From Savitreella phatthalungensis (Eukaryota): a stretch of DNA of 64,000 nucleotides. Positions 34,327-43,867 of the stretch are shown in pieces. Under the pieces are notes generated by a model. That model made no database searches. It saw only the letters and a program-made list of their open reading frames with translations, and was not told the DNA's origin. Made by a program: the position numbers and the translations under genes. Position 1 is the first letter of the stretch, and every line of letters starts with the position of its first letter. The stretch covers positions 496,001-560,000 of the forward strand of contig AP039695.1 of assembly GCA_051599415.1 (NCBI GenBank). Reading direction: 5' to 3'.

Positions 34327-36405
34327 CTATGGGTTCTGCTTGACCTGAGAGGTGAGGTCGACACCGTTGAGCGGGTTGGCGAGCATGGCGAGGACCTTTG
34401 CGAGTGTGCCAGCGGAAGGCTGGGTGACGAAAGTCTGCCAGCCGCTCATGTCGGTCACGTACAGGTACTTTGTGTTGAAGGCTGCCTGGAGGTTGGCGAC
34501 GGCGAGCTGGGTGGTGGCGTCTGCTGCGTTGACGAGCCAGGAGATCTTGGAGAGCTGGGCGGTGGTGAGACCAGTGTAGAAGCTCTGGTACCAGCCGAAG
34601 AGGTCGCCCTGAACAGTCGCAGAGTCCTGCTCGTAGATGACCACAAAGTCGGCAAGGTCGACGTAGGACGGGTTGCAGATCGATCCCGGTGCGAGACCGA
34701 CGATCCGGCCGCCGGTGAAGCCAGAGTTGGCACGGACGGCCTGTGCGTAGGAGGTGTACTGGGCGATGTAGGTCGCGGTCGAGGCTGCATTGTCGAAGAA
34801 GATACCATCGAGTGCGATGGCAGAGTTGGCGTTGCCCCAGCCGGCGTAGACGCTGACGTCGTTCAGGACGTTGGTGAGCGTGCGCGAGCCGTAGGCCGTG
34901 TCGACGTAGCCGAGTAGGACGATGTTGCTGAGGGCATTCAGACGGGAGATCTCGTGGACGTAGTCGGAGTTGGGTGTGGCCGTCGTGCCTGGTCCGGAGG
35001 AAGGGTTGACGATGACGGTGAAGGTCATGCCAGGGTACTGCTGAGCAGCGTTGACGACCCAGTCCCATGCTCCAGGAGTGGTCCACCAGCTCGGGTAGAT
35101 GTAGAGCGGGATGATGATGCCGGACTGGAGGGAGGCAGGGTTGGCGGCGGCAGCGTTGATCTGGGCGATCATGTTGGCCGTCGTCTTGCACCAGCCAGGG
35201 TAGGCGAAGCCAGGAAGGTTGCAGGAGGACCCGGTGGTCTGAGCGGCAGCGCTCGACGACGAGGTGGTGGTCGGAGTGATGACTGCGGCGGCAGAAGATG
35301 TGGCTGCAGCGACGACGACAGGCGCGGAGGAGGTGGCGGCAGGGACGATTGCAGCAGCGGAGGATGTAGCAGCGGAGGCGACACCACCAATGCCACCAAC
35401 CCCGGCAGCGGAGGTACCAGTGGTAGCGGAGATGACGGTGCCGATCTGGATACCGCCGAGAGCGGATGTGGTGGGAGTGGCGGCTGCTGAAGTGACAGCA
35501 CCGGCGGCGACGCCTGCAGACGTCAGAGCTGCGCCGGCGGACGAGGCAGCTCCTCCAAACAGGATCGACGAGACAGTCGAGACTGCACCGGCGACCGTGG
35601 AAGAGGCGCCAGCAGTCGGAAGGACAAGCGAAGAAGCCTTGCTGGAGGACGGGACGACTGCTGCTGCAGCGGACGAGGCAACGGTCGAGGCAGCGGCACC
35701 GACACCAGCAGCGACAGAACTGACGGCAGCGACCGGTGTCGAGATGGCTGCAATCACAGGTGCCGAGGCGGCCTTTGAGGAGGATGGCTGGACGACGGCA
35801 GCGACGGCAGAAGAAGCCGTGGAAACGACTGGAGCTGCGGCCGAGGTCGCGGCAGAGGTGACGACGGCAGCGGCTGAGGTCGCGGCCGAGGTGACGACTG
35901 CTGCGACGGAGGATGCGGTTGTGACAGCAGCAGCTGTGGTTGCGCCTGCCGGGGTGGTTGTGCCGGTTGGGACGGTCAGAGCGATCGATGGCATGACGTA
36001 GCCTGCGGCGTTCGAGTAGGAGGCGAAGCTGAGAAGGCCCAAGTCCTGAGAGTCATACCAGGCGTGCTGCTGGGAATAGAGGTTACAGTTGTTGGTGGTG
36101 GCTGAGAGCCATGCGCTTGCCTGGTAGATGTTGAAGAAGACACACTTTGGGTTGGCCGCACACAAAGCCTGGCAGGATGAGACACTGTAAGTCGAGATCT
36201 TGTTGTTGGAGAGGAGGTCGGGTGTAGTGGGGATGGCAATCATGCCGGAGTAGACCATTTGCGGCGTGGCTGCTGGTGCGGCGGTGGAGGAGGTTGTCGT
36301 TGGCGTAGTACCACCGAGGAGGGCACGCTTGTCGAGCTCATCTGCAGGCGTGGGCGCTGCCAAGACGGCCGCTGCCAACGCGAATACCCCAAATGCGAGC
36401 TGCAT
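34327..36405 (-). CDS. Secreted modular protein: PAN/Apple-like domain, Ala/Ser/Thr linker, spherulin-4 (GH135) domain
   Basis: Signal peptide and Kex2 site (ELDKR); CQALCAANPKCVFFNIY...CNLY; long A/S/T linker; spherulin-4 motifs IPLYIYP, W.W, VIVNPSSGPG, LLGYV.T.YG.R, LDGIFFD and DFVVIYE. Confidence 0.85.
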   Translation of the reverse strand: MQLAFGVFALAAAVLAAPTPADELDKRALLGGTTPTTTSSTAAPAATPQMVYSGMIAIPTTPDLLSNNKISTYSVSSCQALCAANPKCVFFNIYQASAWLSATTNNCNLYSQQHAWYDSQDLGLLSFASYSNAAGYVMPSIALTVPTGTTTPAGATTAAAVTTASSVAAVVTSAATSAAAVVTSAATSAAAPVVSTASSAVAAVVQPSSSKAASAPVIAAISTPVAAVSSVAAGVGAAASTVASSAAAAVVPSSSKASSLVLPTAGASSTVAGAVSTVSSILFGGAASSAGAALTSAGVAAGAVTSAAATPTTSALGGIQIGTVISATTGTSAAGVGGIGGVASAATSSAAAIVPAATSSAPVVVAAATSSAAAVITPTTTSSSSAAAQTTGSSCNLPGFAYPGWCKTTANMIAQINAAAANPASLQSGIIIPLYIYPSWWTTPGAWDWVVNAAQQYPGMTFTVIVNPSSGPGTTATPNSDYVHEISRLNALSNIVLLGYVDTAYGSRTLTNVLNDVSVYAGWGNANSAIALDGIFFDNAASTATYIAQYTSYAQAVRANSGFTGGRIVGLAPGSICNPSYVDLADFVVIYEQDSATVQGDLFGWYQSFYTGLTTAQLSKISWLVNAADATTQLAVANLQAAFNTKYLYVTDMSGWQTFVTQPSAGTLAKVLAMLANPLNGVDLTSQVKQNP

Positions 36406-38209
36406 GATGTGTATTTGCGTTGTGAGATCGAGTCACAAGAGGGAGAAGGAGATGGATGTGGTGGTGACGATGGTGTTGCGCTGCAACAGGGAAGGTTGGA
36501 TGAACCGAGAAGAAAGGGAGGAGAAGGAGATGAGAATGGAAGACTTGTGTTGATGTTTTGCAAGGATGTGCGTGCGTCGGAGGTTTTGTAGGAAGATGAT
36601 TGATGACCTCGAACCTGTTGATGGGCACTTTCTGGGTGGGCTGGTGATGGAGGGTCGCTAAAGGAGGTGTCAAGCGAAGGGTCAGCGACGTAAAACACGA
36701 AGGTAGATGGCCGAGCAAGGTGAGACTTGTGAGCAGTCGACCGAAGATGATGAAGTAAGTGAGCGTAGTGAGTCAAAAGTGAGCGAAGGGACGAGTGATT
36801 GCTCGGAAGAGGGTGTTTGACGGTGGGTGGTTGAGTGAGAGTGAGTGAGTGAGTGAGTCTGTAGGAGGTCTTCAGGTGAGACCCTCGGCACCAGTCGAGG
36901 CGAACTGTACTTCCTGTTTGGTCCACTGTCAAAAAAGGGTACCCAAGTACCTAGAGGAGGAGATTGGGAGATGGAGGAGGTTGACCGATTAGATGATGAT
37001 GGATGATCTAAGACCTTGAGCTTGACCTTGACCTTGTTCGTGACCATGACCGCTACCATAAAGTCCGTCACCAGCTACGGAAGATCACCTGCATGCAATC
37101 GGACCTATATCCACTGCCTGAGCAGATCTCTGGCTGCCACGCCTGAGGAAAGAAGGAGTTTGTACTTGACCTGCAAGGTGGATGACTGCAGAGTACAGCC
37201 TTGTAGAGGTTGAATGTCTCTGATGGATCGAGTAGATCTAGGTCTAGACTTCTCTTTTCTTCCTCTTGACTACTAAAATTCAACCTAAAGCAGCAGCCAG
37301 ACTGTCCCGACTGTTGAACTCTTTTCTCCAGTGGTTGACTAGGTTCAGAAGAAGAAAAAAGGTGAGACAAGCCACAAGTGTCCGAAAGCGGGCTTCTACC
37401 CATCCAAAGTATTCAACCGAGCGAGGGAATGTTCTGCTGCTAAGGCAGACGCAGTAGCAATAGTGAGAGCGTGAGGGGTCATGGTCTTAGCGTTCTGAGT
37501 TTGTGGAGTGGGAGTAGCTATAGCGTCGAACACTTGCGCTTGCACTTGCACGAGCCCTTGCCCTTGTGGGTAAACGAGTTCATTGGTTTTTTCACCTGAT
37601 TTGATTAGGGTTAGGGTTGTGTGAATGCGGTGAGTGGCGTTCACGAGCACCGGGCTCGATGAGAACTGTCACGGGTAGAATCATCAGATCAGCTACTAAT
37701 GGATTCGATCTCGGCTCTAGGGATTTTGAGTTTTGACTGCTTGTAGATTTACAGAGGGGTCTAAATTGATATTTTCCATGCACACAGGGCGGGGAGGATT
37801 ATTTTCTGAGATTGTCCTCCAATCTGCAGACGATATAAACTGGAACTAGAAGACGGGATGAAGGAGAGGTATAGTTCCTCATTCGGTCACTGAGGTCAAC
37901 TTTCAATATCACGCATGCATGATCATTCAAATTTGACTCACAATCCTGGTACTGTCTGTACTTCTCTAATAATCGACTTCTAAACTGATTCTGGAACTGA
38001 TTTGGTACCCGTTCTCGCTTCCTACCTGTATGGGTCGCCCAGTCTGGCAATTCACCGAGTGATTCACTTCATCTACACTCTACACTCTAAATCTAATTCC
38101 AAATTGAATCTTCACTTACACGGACTACGCTTCGATCGTCATCAGCATAAATGTCAGACCGGACAAGATTAATTCGACTGCTTAATCTACAAGTCCATCC
38201 GAGTTTCTT

Positions 38210-38337
38210 TTCTTCTTCTTCTTCTTCTTCTTCTTCTTCTTCTTCTTCTTCTTCTTCTTCTTCTTCTTCTTCTTCTTCTTCTCCTTCTTCTTCTTCTTCT
38301 TCTTCTTCTTCTTCCTTCTTCTTCTTCCTTCTTCTTC
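38210..38337. repeat. (TTC)n/(GAA)n trinucleotide microsatellite
   Basis: 24 uninterrupted TTC units (38210-38281) plus further interrupted runs, about 41 units in total. Confidence 0.97.
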
Positions 38338-38616
38338 TCTACCTTTTTTCCTATTTCTGTCTAAACTAGATCGAAAGTCTCACTTCACAAAATCCTAAAT
38401 CGATCTAAACCACCGAAATTATAAAATTTAGTGTAGCAGCTCTCCTGTATCGCAAATGGCAAATAAATTGCATTGGAATTCAAAAACACAAATTAGAGAT
38501 TCACTGGTGGTGACGTCCCGTGTAATTCTTTTCTCATTCTTGATTCAATTCTCGGAGACGAGCACGGGGAAGAGCCTTCGGAGGTCATTCGCATCCACTC
38601 GAGATCTCTCATCCAT

Positions 38617-38666
38617 TCACTCACTCACTCACTCACTTCCTCACCCACTCACTCACTCACTCACTC
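38617..38666 (+). repeat. (CACT)n tetranucleotide repeat
   Basis: tcactcactcactcactcacttcctcacccactcactcactcactcactc read directly. Confidence 0.9.
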
Positions 38667-39085
38667 GCTCGGAGCATTTACCGATTCATCATCGACAAGC
38701 GAGTTATTACCCCAAAGCGAATACCCCGAAGCGAGACATTTGACCCACCTGCACTCAGATCTTTCTAGCCTAGCTTATCTATCCACTTGCCAACTCTAAA
38801 CCGGCATGTTTTGTATCCGCGCTTAGTCACCATTCTCCCTTCTCGTATTCTGCAGTCTTCCTTTTGGTCACTTGTCTCGTGTGTATGTTGTCATACAGAT
38901 TAGGGCAAAAGCACAAAGTAGAGATACTTGCTCGATTGAGCCTTCTCCAAGGTGCCGAGCCAGAGTCAACGGCGATCCATGACAATCCATGACTTTCCGA
39001 ACAGGTGACGTACGTGACAGAACACTCTCTCTTCAGCCAGCCGCAATTGATCCAAACAGGTACCAAAGATAGGGCCTTCCCACCT

Positions 39086-40000
39086 CTAATTCAGACGCCA
39101 CTTGGCAAAAAAATCCACCGCGACCTGCGTGAAATCAAGCACGCCAAGCGGACACACCGCCGCTCCTTGCTTCTCGTAGTCCGTGTTGATCGCATCCGCT
39201 GGCCAACAGTGACCCATCCCATCGATCGCCAGCTGGGTGACTGTCCTATTGGAGCACGTGTACGTAGTATTCGTGACATTTGCGGCCCCGTGGGTGACTG
39301 TGGGCGCAGTGTCATTCTTACATCCATCCCTGACGGCCCACCAGTGTGTCCAGGTGAGGATATCAGGAGACGTGCCACCGAGACCGTCTCCGCCGGTGAA
39401 CGAGATGGTGGTGTCGTTTCGACCGTGGACTTGGAGGATGGGGATTGGGGATGTGTTATTGCATGCGGTGACGGCGTTGTCGGCGTACAGCGCAGGCGCC
39501 CCCATTGCCAGCGCGGCGAACCTACCTGACACCTCACCGCCCGAGCAACCGAGCACGTCCACAAACCCACCGCCATTAGACTTCCCAGACGCGTACACCC
39601 GCGACCTGTCGACGCAGTACACGTACGCCAGGTGGTCCACCAACTCCGTCGCAAACAGCGTATCGTTGCAGGACCGGTTGGCGTACGAGGCACCTTGCCA
39701 GGCGGCGTTGCAGCCCTGTGGGTATGCGACCATGTAGGCTGAGCCTGCTTTGTTGGCGAAAAAGCGCGAGTTGTTGAACTGTCCTGCGGATGAGCCTCCG
39801 CGTCCGTGAAAGTCGAGGATCAATGGGAACGACTTTGAGGCGTCGTCGTTGTATGTGGTCGGGATGAAGAGTCCGAACGTCCGAGACTCACCGTCTGACA
39901 GAGTCAGCGTCATGTTGTCCCGCCACCCGACAGGGTAGTTCACGTCACATCGGCCTTGAGCCGCCGTCGTCTGCAGCAAGCTGATGATCACTGAGAGCAT
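39086..40000 (-). CDS. Secreted CE1-like esterase (feruloyl esterase / LpqC-PHB depolymerase family)
   Basis: Likely start ATG 40000 (MLSVIISLLQTTAAQG), with a TATA-like CATAAATATA about 60 nt upstream. PLILDFHGRGG, VAYPQG, nucleophile GKSNG, HG.ND and GMGHCWP form a catalytic triad pattern. Confidence 0.82.
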   Translation of the reverse strand: MLSVIISLLQTTAAQGRCDVNYPVGWRDNMTLTLSDGESRTFGLFIPTTYNDDASKSFPLILDFHGRGGSSAGQFNNSRFFANKAGSAYMVAYPQGCNAAWQGASYANRSCNDTLFATELVDHLAYVYCVDRSRVYASGKSNGGGFVDVLGCSGGEVSGRFAALAMGAPALYADNAVTACNNTSPIPILQVHGRNDTTISFTGGDGLGGTSPDILTWTHWWAVRDGCKNDTAPTVTHGAANVTNTTYTCSNRTVTQLAIDGMGHCWPADAINTDYEKQGAAVCPLGVLDFTQVAVDFFAKWRLN

Positions 40001-40505
40001 GGTTTGAAGAGGAGGTGGAGGTCGTGGATCGCACACAGCCGATTGACAGACTGATATATTTATGAGCACGAGCTGCGGTCTCGATGTTCGAGTCTTGTCC
40101 ACATGGTCGCGCGCGCGGGGGTGTGGGGAGACGTCGGTAAGAACCTCTAGAGGTCAAAGGTTAATGGCACTTAAATTCGCCAGTGGAAGTTTAAATGTAT
40201 CGAGTTCATGCGATCGTATTTCGAAATACTGATCAAGGACACAATTTGTTGACAGGTCATAAATCTGGGTCAATTTTGCCGACAGGCGGAAAATCTTTGC
40301 GAATGCACTCTTCAACAACGCGCGGGATAGCGCACACGTGCAGCCTAGCAATATACGAACCGCGTACGCTATTGAGGCGAGGGTGATGAGTGAAGCTCAT
40401 ATCAGTTCTTGAATTCTCCGATCGCTAGAATGATGCTACGGATCTATTTGTTTTGCACAACCGGCTTAGCCGGACCACAGGGATTTCTGTGTGGAAATCA
40501 CTAGC

Positions 40506-42116
40506 TTAGAGCGCCACGAAAGCGACACCAGCGAGGAACGTGGTCAGTCCAGCGGCGAAGTAAGCGGGCGAGCCTGCAAAGGCGCCAGACAGGCGCATCG
40601 CTGCAGACTTGGCTGTCGAGCTCGACGACGTGCGAGCAGTCGAGCTGCCGGAGCTTCCTTGTCCGTTCTGCTGCGCAATCGTGTTCGAGCCAGAGTTGGC
40701 AGTGGCGAGGGCGAGGCCAGAAGCACGCGTGCACGACGAAGACCCCGGGTTGGCGAGGAGAGTGGCACCAGTGAATCCGCAGGCGTTAGTCGAGGATGAC
40801 TGCTGGGAGTAGTAGTTCTGGTAGACGAGTGCGAGCTGCTGCTTGCCGGAGCAGAACGAGTACTGGCCATAGGTGCCTGTGGTGCCGTTGACCGAGATCA
40901 CATTGCAGGCTTTGCCAGAGTTGAGACCGCAGACAATGCCAAAGGCATTACCAATGGCAGTGTCGTTCAGGTTGGAGCTGGCAGAGCACTTGGCGTTGCT
41001 GACAGCGCAAGCACAGTACTGTGCATCAGGTGAAGGAGGAAGCGCTGTGGCGGCGGCAAAGCCGGATGTCTGTGCAGGGCAGCTGAATGACTTGGTCGAA
41101 GCGCCCTGGTAATTGCTGAGAGCGGTCGACGAAGGCGTGACGTTAGCCCAGGCGGATGAGAGACGTGTGTAGTCGGGCAGAGGCGATGGGGAGCTGCCGA
41201 CGTAAGTCACGAGACCGTAGTCATTAGACTCCTGTGGCCACTCGTACGCGATGACGCCAGAGAAGACGTCAGAATACTGTCCAAGGAACCACTGGGCCTC
41301 CTGGAAGAGACGTGGCGGGTTGGTGTTGCAACCAAACTCAGACAGGAAGACCGGGCGAGAAAGGTTCTTGTACTGCTGGTAGAGGACGTCGTAGCCGGTC
41401 GTCTGGACGGTAGCTCCAGAACCACAAGCTCGGTAAGTGTTGAGCGCGTAGAACTCGATACCGTCCGTCAGAGGGCCGCAGGAGAGGTACTGACCAAGCT
41501 GGATCTGCAAGTCGGAGACATCTGCAGATGCATAACCGACTGGCACAGCACGGTAACCCTTAGCCTTGATGTAAGCGCGCATGTCACGGGCTGCTGCCTT
41601 GACGAATGGTGCTGCCTCCGAACGGTTGAAAGAATCGATGTTCTCGTTACCGATGAAGAAGGCGCCGAGGTTCTGGTAGCCGACAAATGCGTCGAGTGTC
41701 TGGGTGAATGCCTGGTATTGCGAGACTGTCCAGGTGGGACTGTCAGAGATGACTGTGGTCTCGGGCGTCTCCAGGTCGAGGAAGACGTAAATACCTGCGT
41801 TTGCGAAGGTGCTCATGCAGGAGTCATGGTTGAGGGATGCGTTGACGCGGTATACGCGGATCACGTTAACGCCAAGCTTTTGCAGCAGAGAAACGGAGTT
41901 CTGGCAGCCAGTCGGGTCAGCAAGAGGATCATTGATCGTTGCGCCGGAGGCTGTATTTGCTGTTGTCTGGTTGGCATCAGTTGGCTGGTAAGCGACACCC
42001 TTGATGAAGAACTGCTTTCCGGTGCTGTCGAAGAACTTTGTGCCGTTGACCTGAATAGCGTTGATAGCGGCTGCGGTTGACGCCAACAAGGACGTCGCCA
42101 AGAGACCGAGCTTCAT
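40506..42116 (-). CDS. gas1: GPI-anchored beta-1,3-glucanosyltransferase GH72 with X8/CBM43 domain
   Basis: ATG 42116 with signal peptide; QFFIKGVAYQ, DPLAD..C, NVIRVY, catalytic GNE and SEFGCN, Cys-rich X8 domain, Ser-rich stalk and hydrophobic C-terminal GPI signal. Confidence 0.95.
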   Translation of the reverse strand: MKLGLLATSLLASTAAAINAIQVNGTKFFDSTGKQFFIKGVAYQPTDANQTTANTASGATINDPLADPTGCQNSVSLLQKLGVNVIRVYRVNASLNHDSCMSTFANAGIYVFLDLETPETTVISDSPTWTVSQYQAFTQTLDAFVGYQNLGAFFIGNENIDSFNRSEAAPFVKAAARDMRAYIKAKGYRAVPVGYASADVSDLQIQLGQYLSCGPLTDGIEFYALNTYRACGSGATVQTTGYDVLYQQYKNLSRPVFLSEFGCNTNPPRLFQEAQWFLGQYSDVFSGVIAYEWPQESNDYGLVTYVGSSPSPLPDYTRLSSAWANVTPSSTALSNYQGASTKSFSCPAQTSGFAAATALPPSPDAQYCACAVSNAKCSASSNLNDTAIGNAFGIVCGLNSGKACNVISVNGTTGTYGQYSFCSGKQQLALVYQNYYSQQSSSTNACGFTGATLLANPGSSSCTRASGLALATANSGSNTIAQQNGQGSSGSSTARTSSSSTAKSAAMRLSGAFAGSPAYFAAGLTTFLAGVAFVAL

Positions 42117-43867
42117 TATGTGAATTGCAGCTTTCAAATTCTAGTGCTGACGTGTAGAGATTCTGACGAGGCGTCGACGAGACGAGGACCCAGGCTGTGC
42201 GCTTTATCTTATATTTCTTCTGTGAGAAAGGAACGATAGGACTGAGCGATGCGTCCGGTGTAGAGAGAGACGTGCTCGCTGAAGTGAGGTGATGTGAGTC
42301 TTGGATAATGCCAAGTGTGGGCGGTGCTGTCACGTATATATTGGCTCGCTGACTCCAAAGGTGCGGCTACGATACTCGTCCGGGCCGAGAGCTTCGGGCG
42401 GGTACAGAATAGTCGTGGATAGCAAGCGTAAGTGACTGTGTAGGTGAGTGCCTACGTACGTGGATGGTGTGTATGAGTGAAGGTGTTTGTGTGTGCGTGA
42501 GTAGGTCTGTGAATGAGTTAGAGAGCGTATGTGGGTAGGTGCGAGGCGTCTTGTGTGAGGCGCTATAGAGTCTGCCGGCCAGTAGGGCTACATACGCGTG
42601 CCACTGCGCGTGTCTAGTTATTGTCTCCTCGTGGAAAAATGCTGCTGAGCCAGCCTGAGTGAAGCATGAGTATGCGTGCGGCAGGTAATAAAGCCAATAG
42701 ACGCGCCTGACCATGTCCAGATTTGCCCCTGACTATCGATTATTTTTGTTGTGCTTGATCTGCTCGGGAGACAAATTTCAAGAACTTTCCCAATGCGTAT
42801 CTGAACGGGGTCAGTAATGACTCGGCAATTTCGATTGTTTCCACCTCCTTCTTGGCACATGGTGCAACGAATCGTTCAATCTGACAAAGGAGAAAGATGG
42901 ACTGAATCCTCCTTGCGTGAACTGTCAAGAGATGCTTCTATTCTTGGTACTCATATCTACTCAGGATCAAAACGATCGACGTGGAAGCCTGACTCCCTTG
43001 GGTGACCGCCACCCCTTGCCTCTCTTGTTTTCCCTGTTCTATTGTGCATCATTTGCCGTTCCGAGTAGCGTTCAGATTAGTGTATACTGCCTGACGAAGG
43101 AAGGACGCTATGACCTTGAGAAATATGATGGTCGAGGGTATGATGAACGAAAACCATTGTCACACAAGCATGCTCGAGTCTTGATCAGAATGAATTGCTT
43201 GACTGATCGACTACTTTGCTTGGCTTGTCGTTGAAGTCTTGGCGACACCTTTGAAAGGGGATTTCCTTTGCACGAAAAAGAACGTGATGTATTAGGAGAA
43301 GATCTGCGTCGATGAATGATCTATGCGGCAACCACGGCCGACTGACGTCCATTCCAGGCCTTTAAGGAAATGCTCGGCGACACGATCTTTGCGAGAAAAA
43401 AACAGAGGCTCGATCTTACTCCGAGCCGTCTGTTCCACGGTATCATTCTGGACAACCGCGGAGAGGTCGATGTATAGCCAGGATCCAGTCCGTCTGTATC
43501 TCATAATGAAATGTTTGGGATTGAGTCATTACCGAAATCGCATGCTAACAGCATACGACCGTCTGGAGCTGTTGCTGCAGTGACGGCCTCGACCGTTTGA
43601 CCATCCGTCCGTGCAACGGTAAAGCTCACGTGCAACTCACACCCACGAAGCGCGCTTTAAATTGTTGAGCACCACATGATTGATCACATTCCTTTCAATC
43701 GCAACGTAGACATGCATCTGAGTAATATTTGGCCGGCGACAGATTGAAGCAGACCTCTTTCACACTGCGGTGACGTGATTGGCACTGCCCAGCTACGCCC
43801 AAGTCTTGAGCTCATCACTTCACAAAACACGTCCAGTCATCGCTGCTCTGCACGACTATCCGGAAGT

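Noticed and set aside
37605..37618. Interstitial telomere repeat TTAGGGTTAGGGTT
   Set aside because: Only about two units, lying in a region full of short duplications.
38151..38369. Poly-Ser ORF
   Set aside because: Artefact of the TTC microsatellite.
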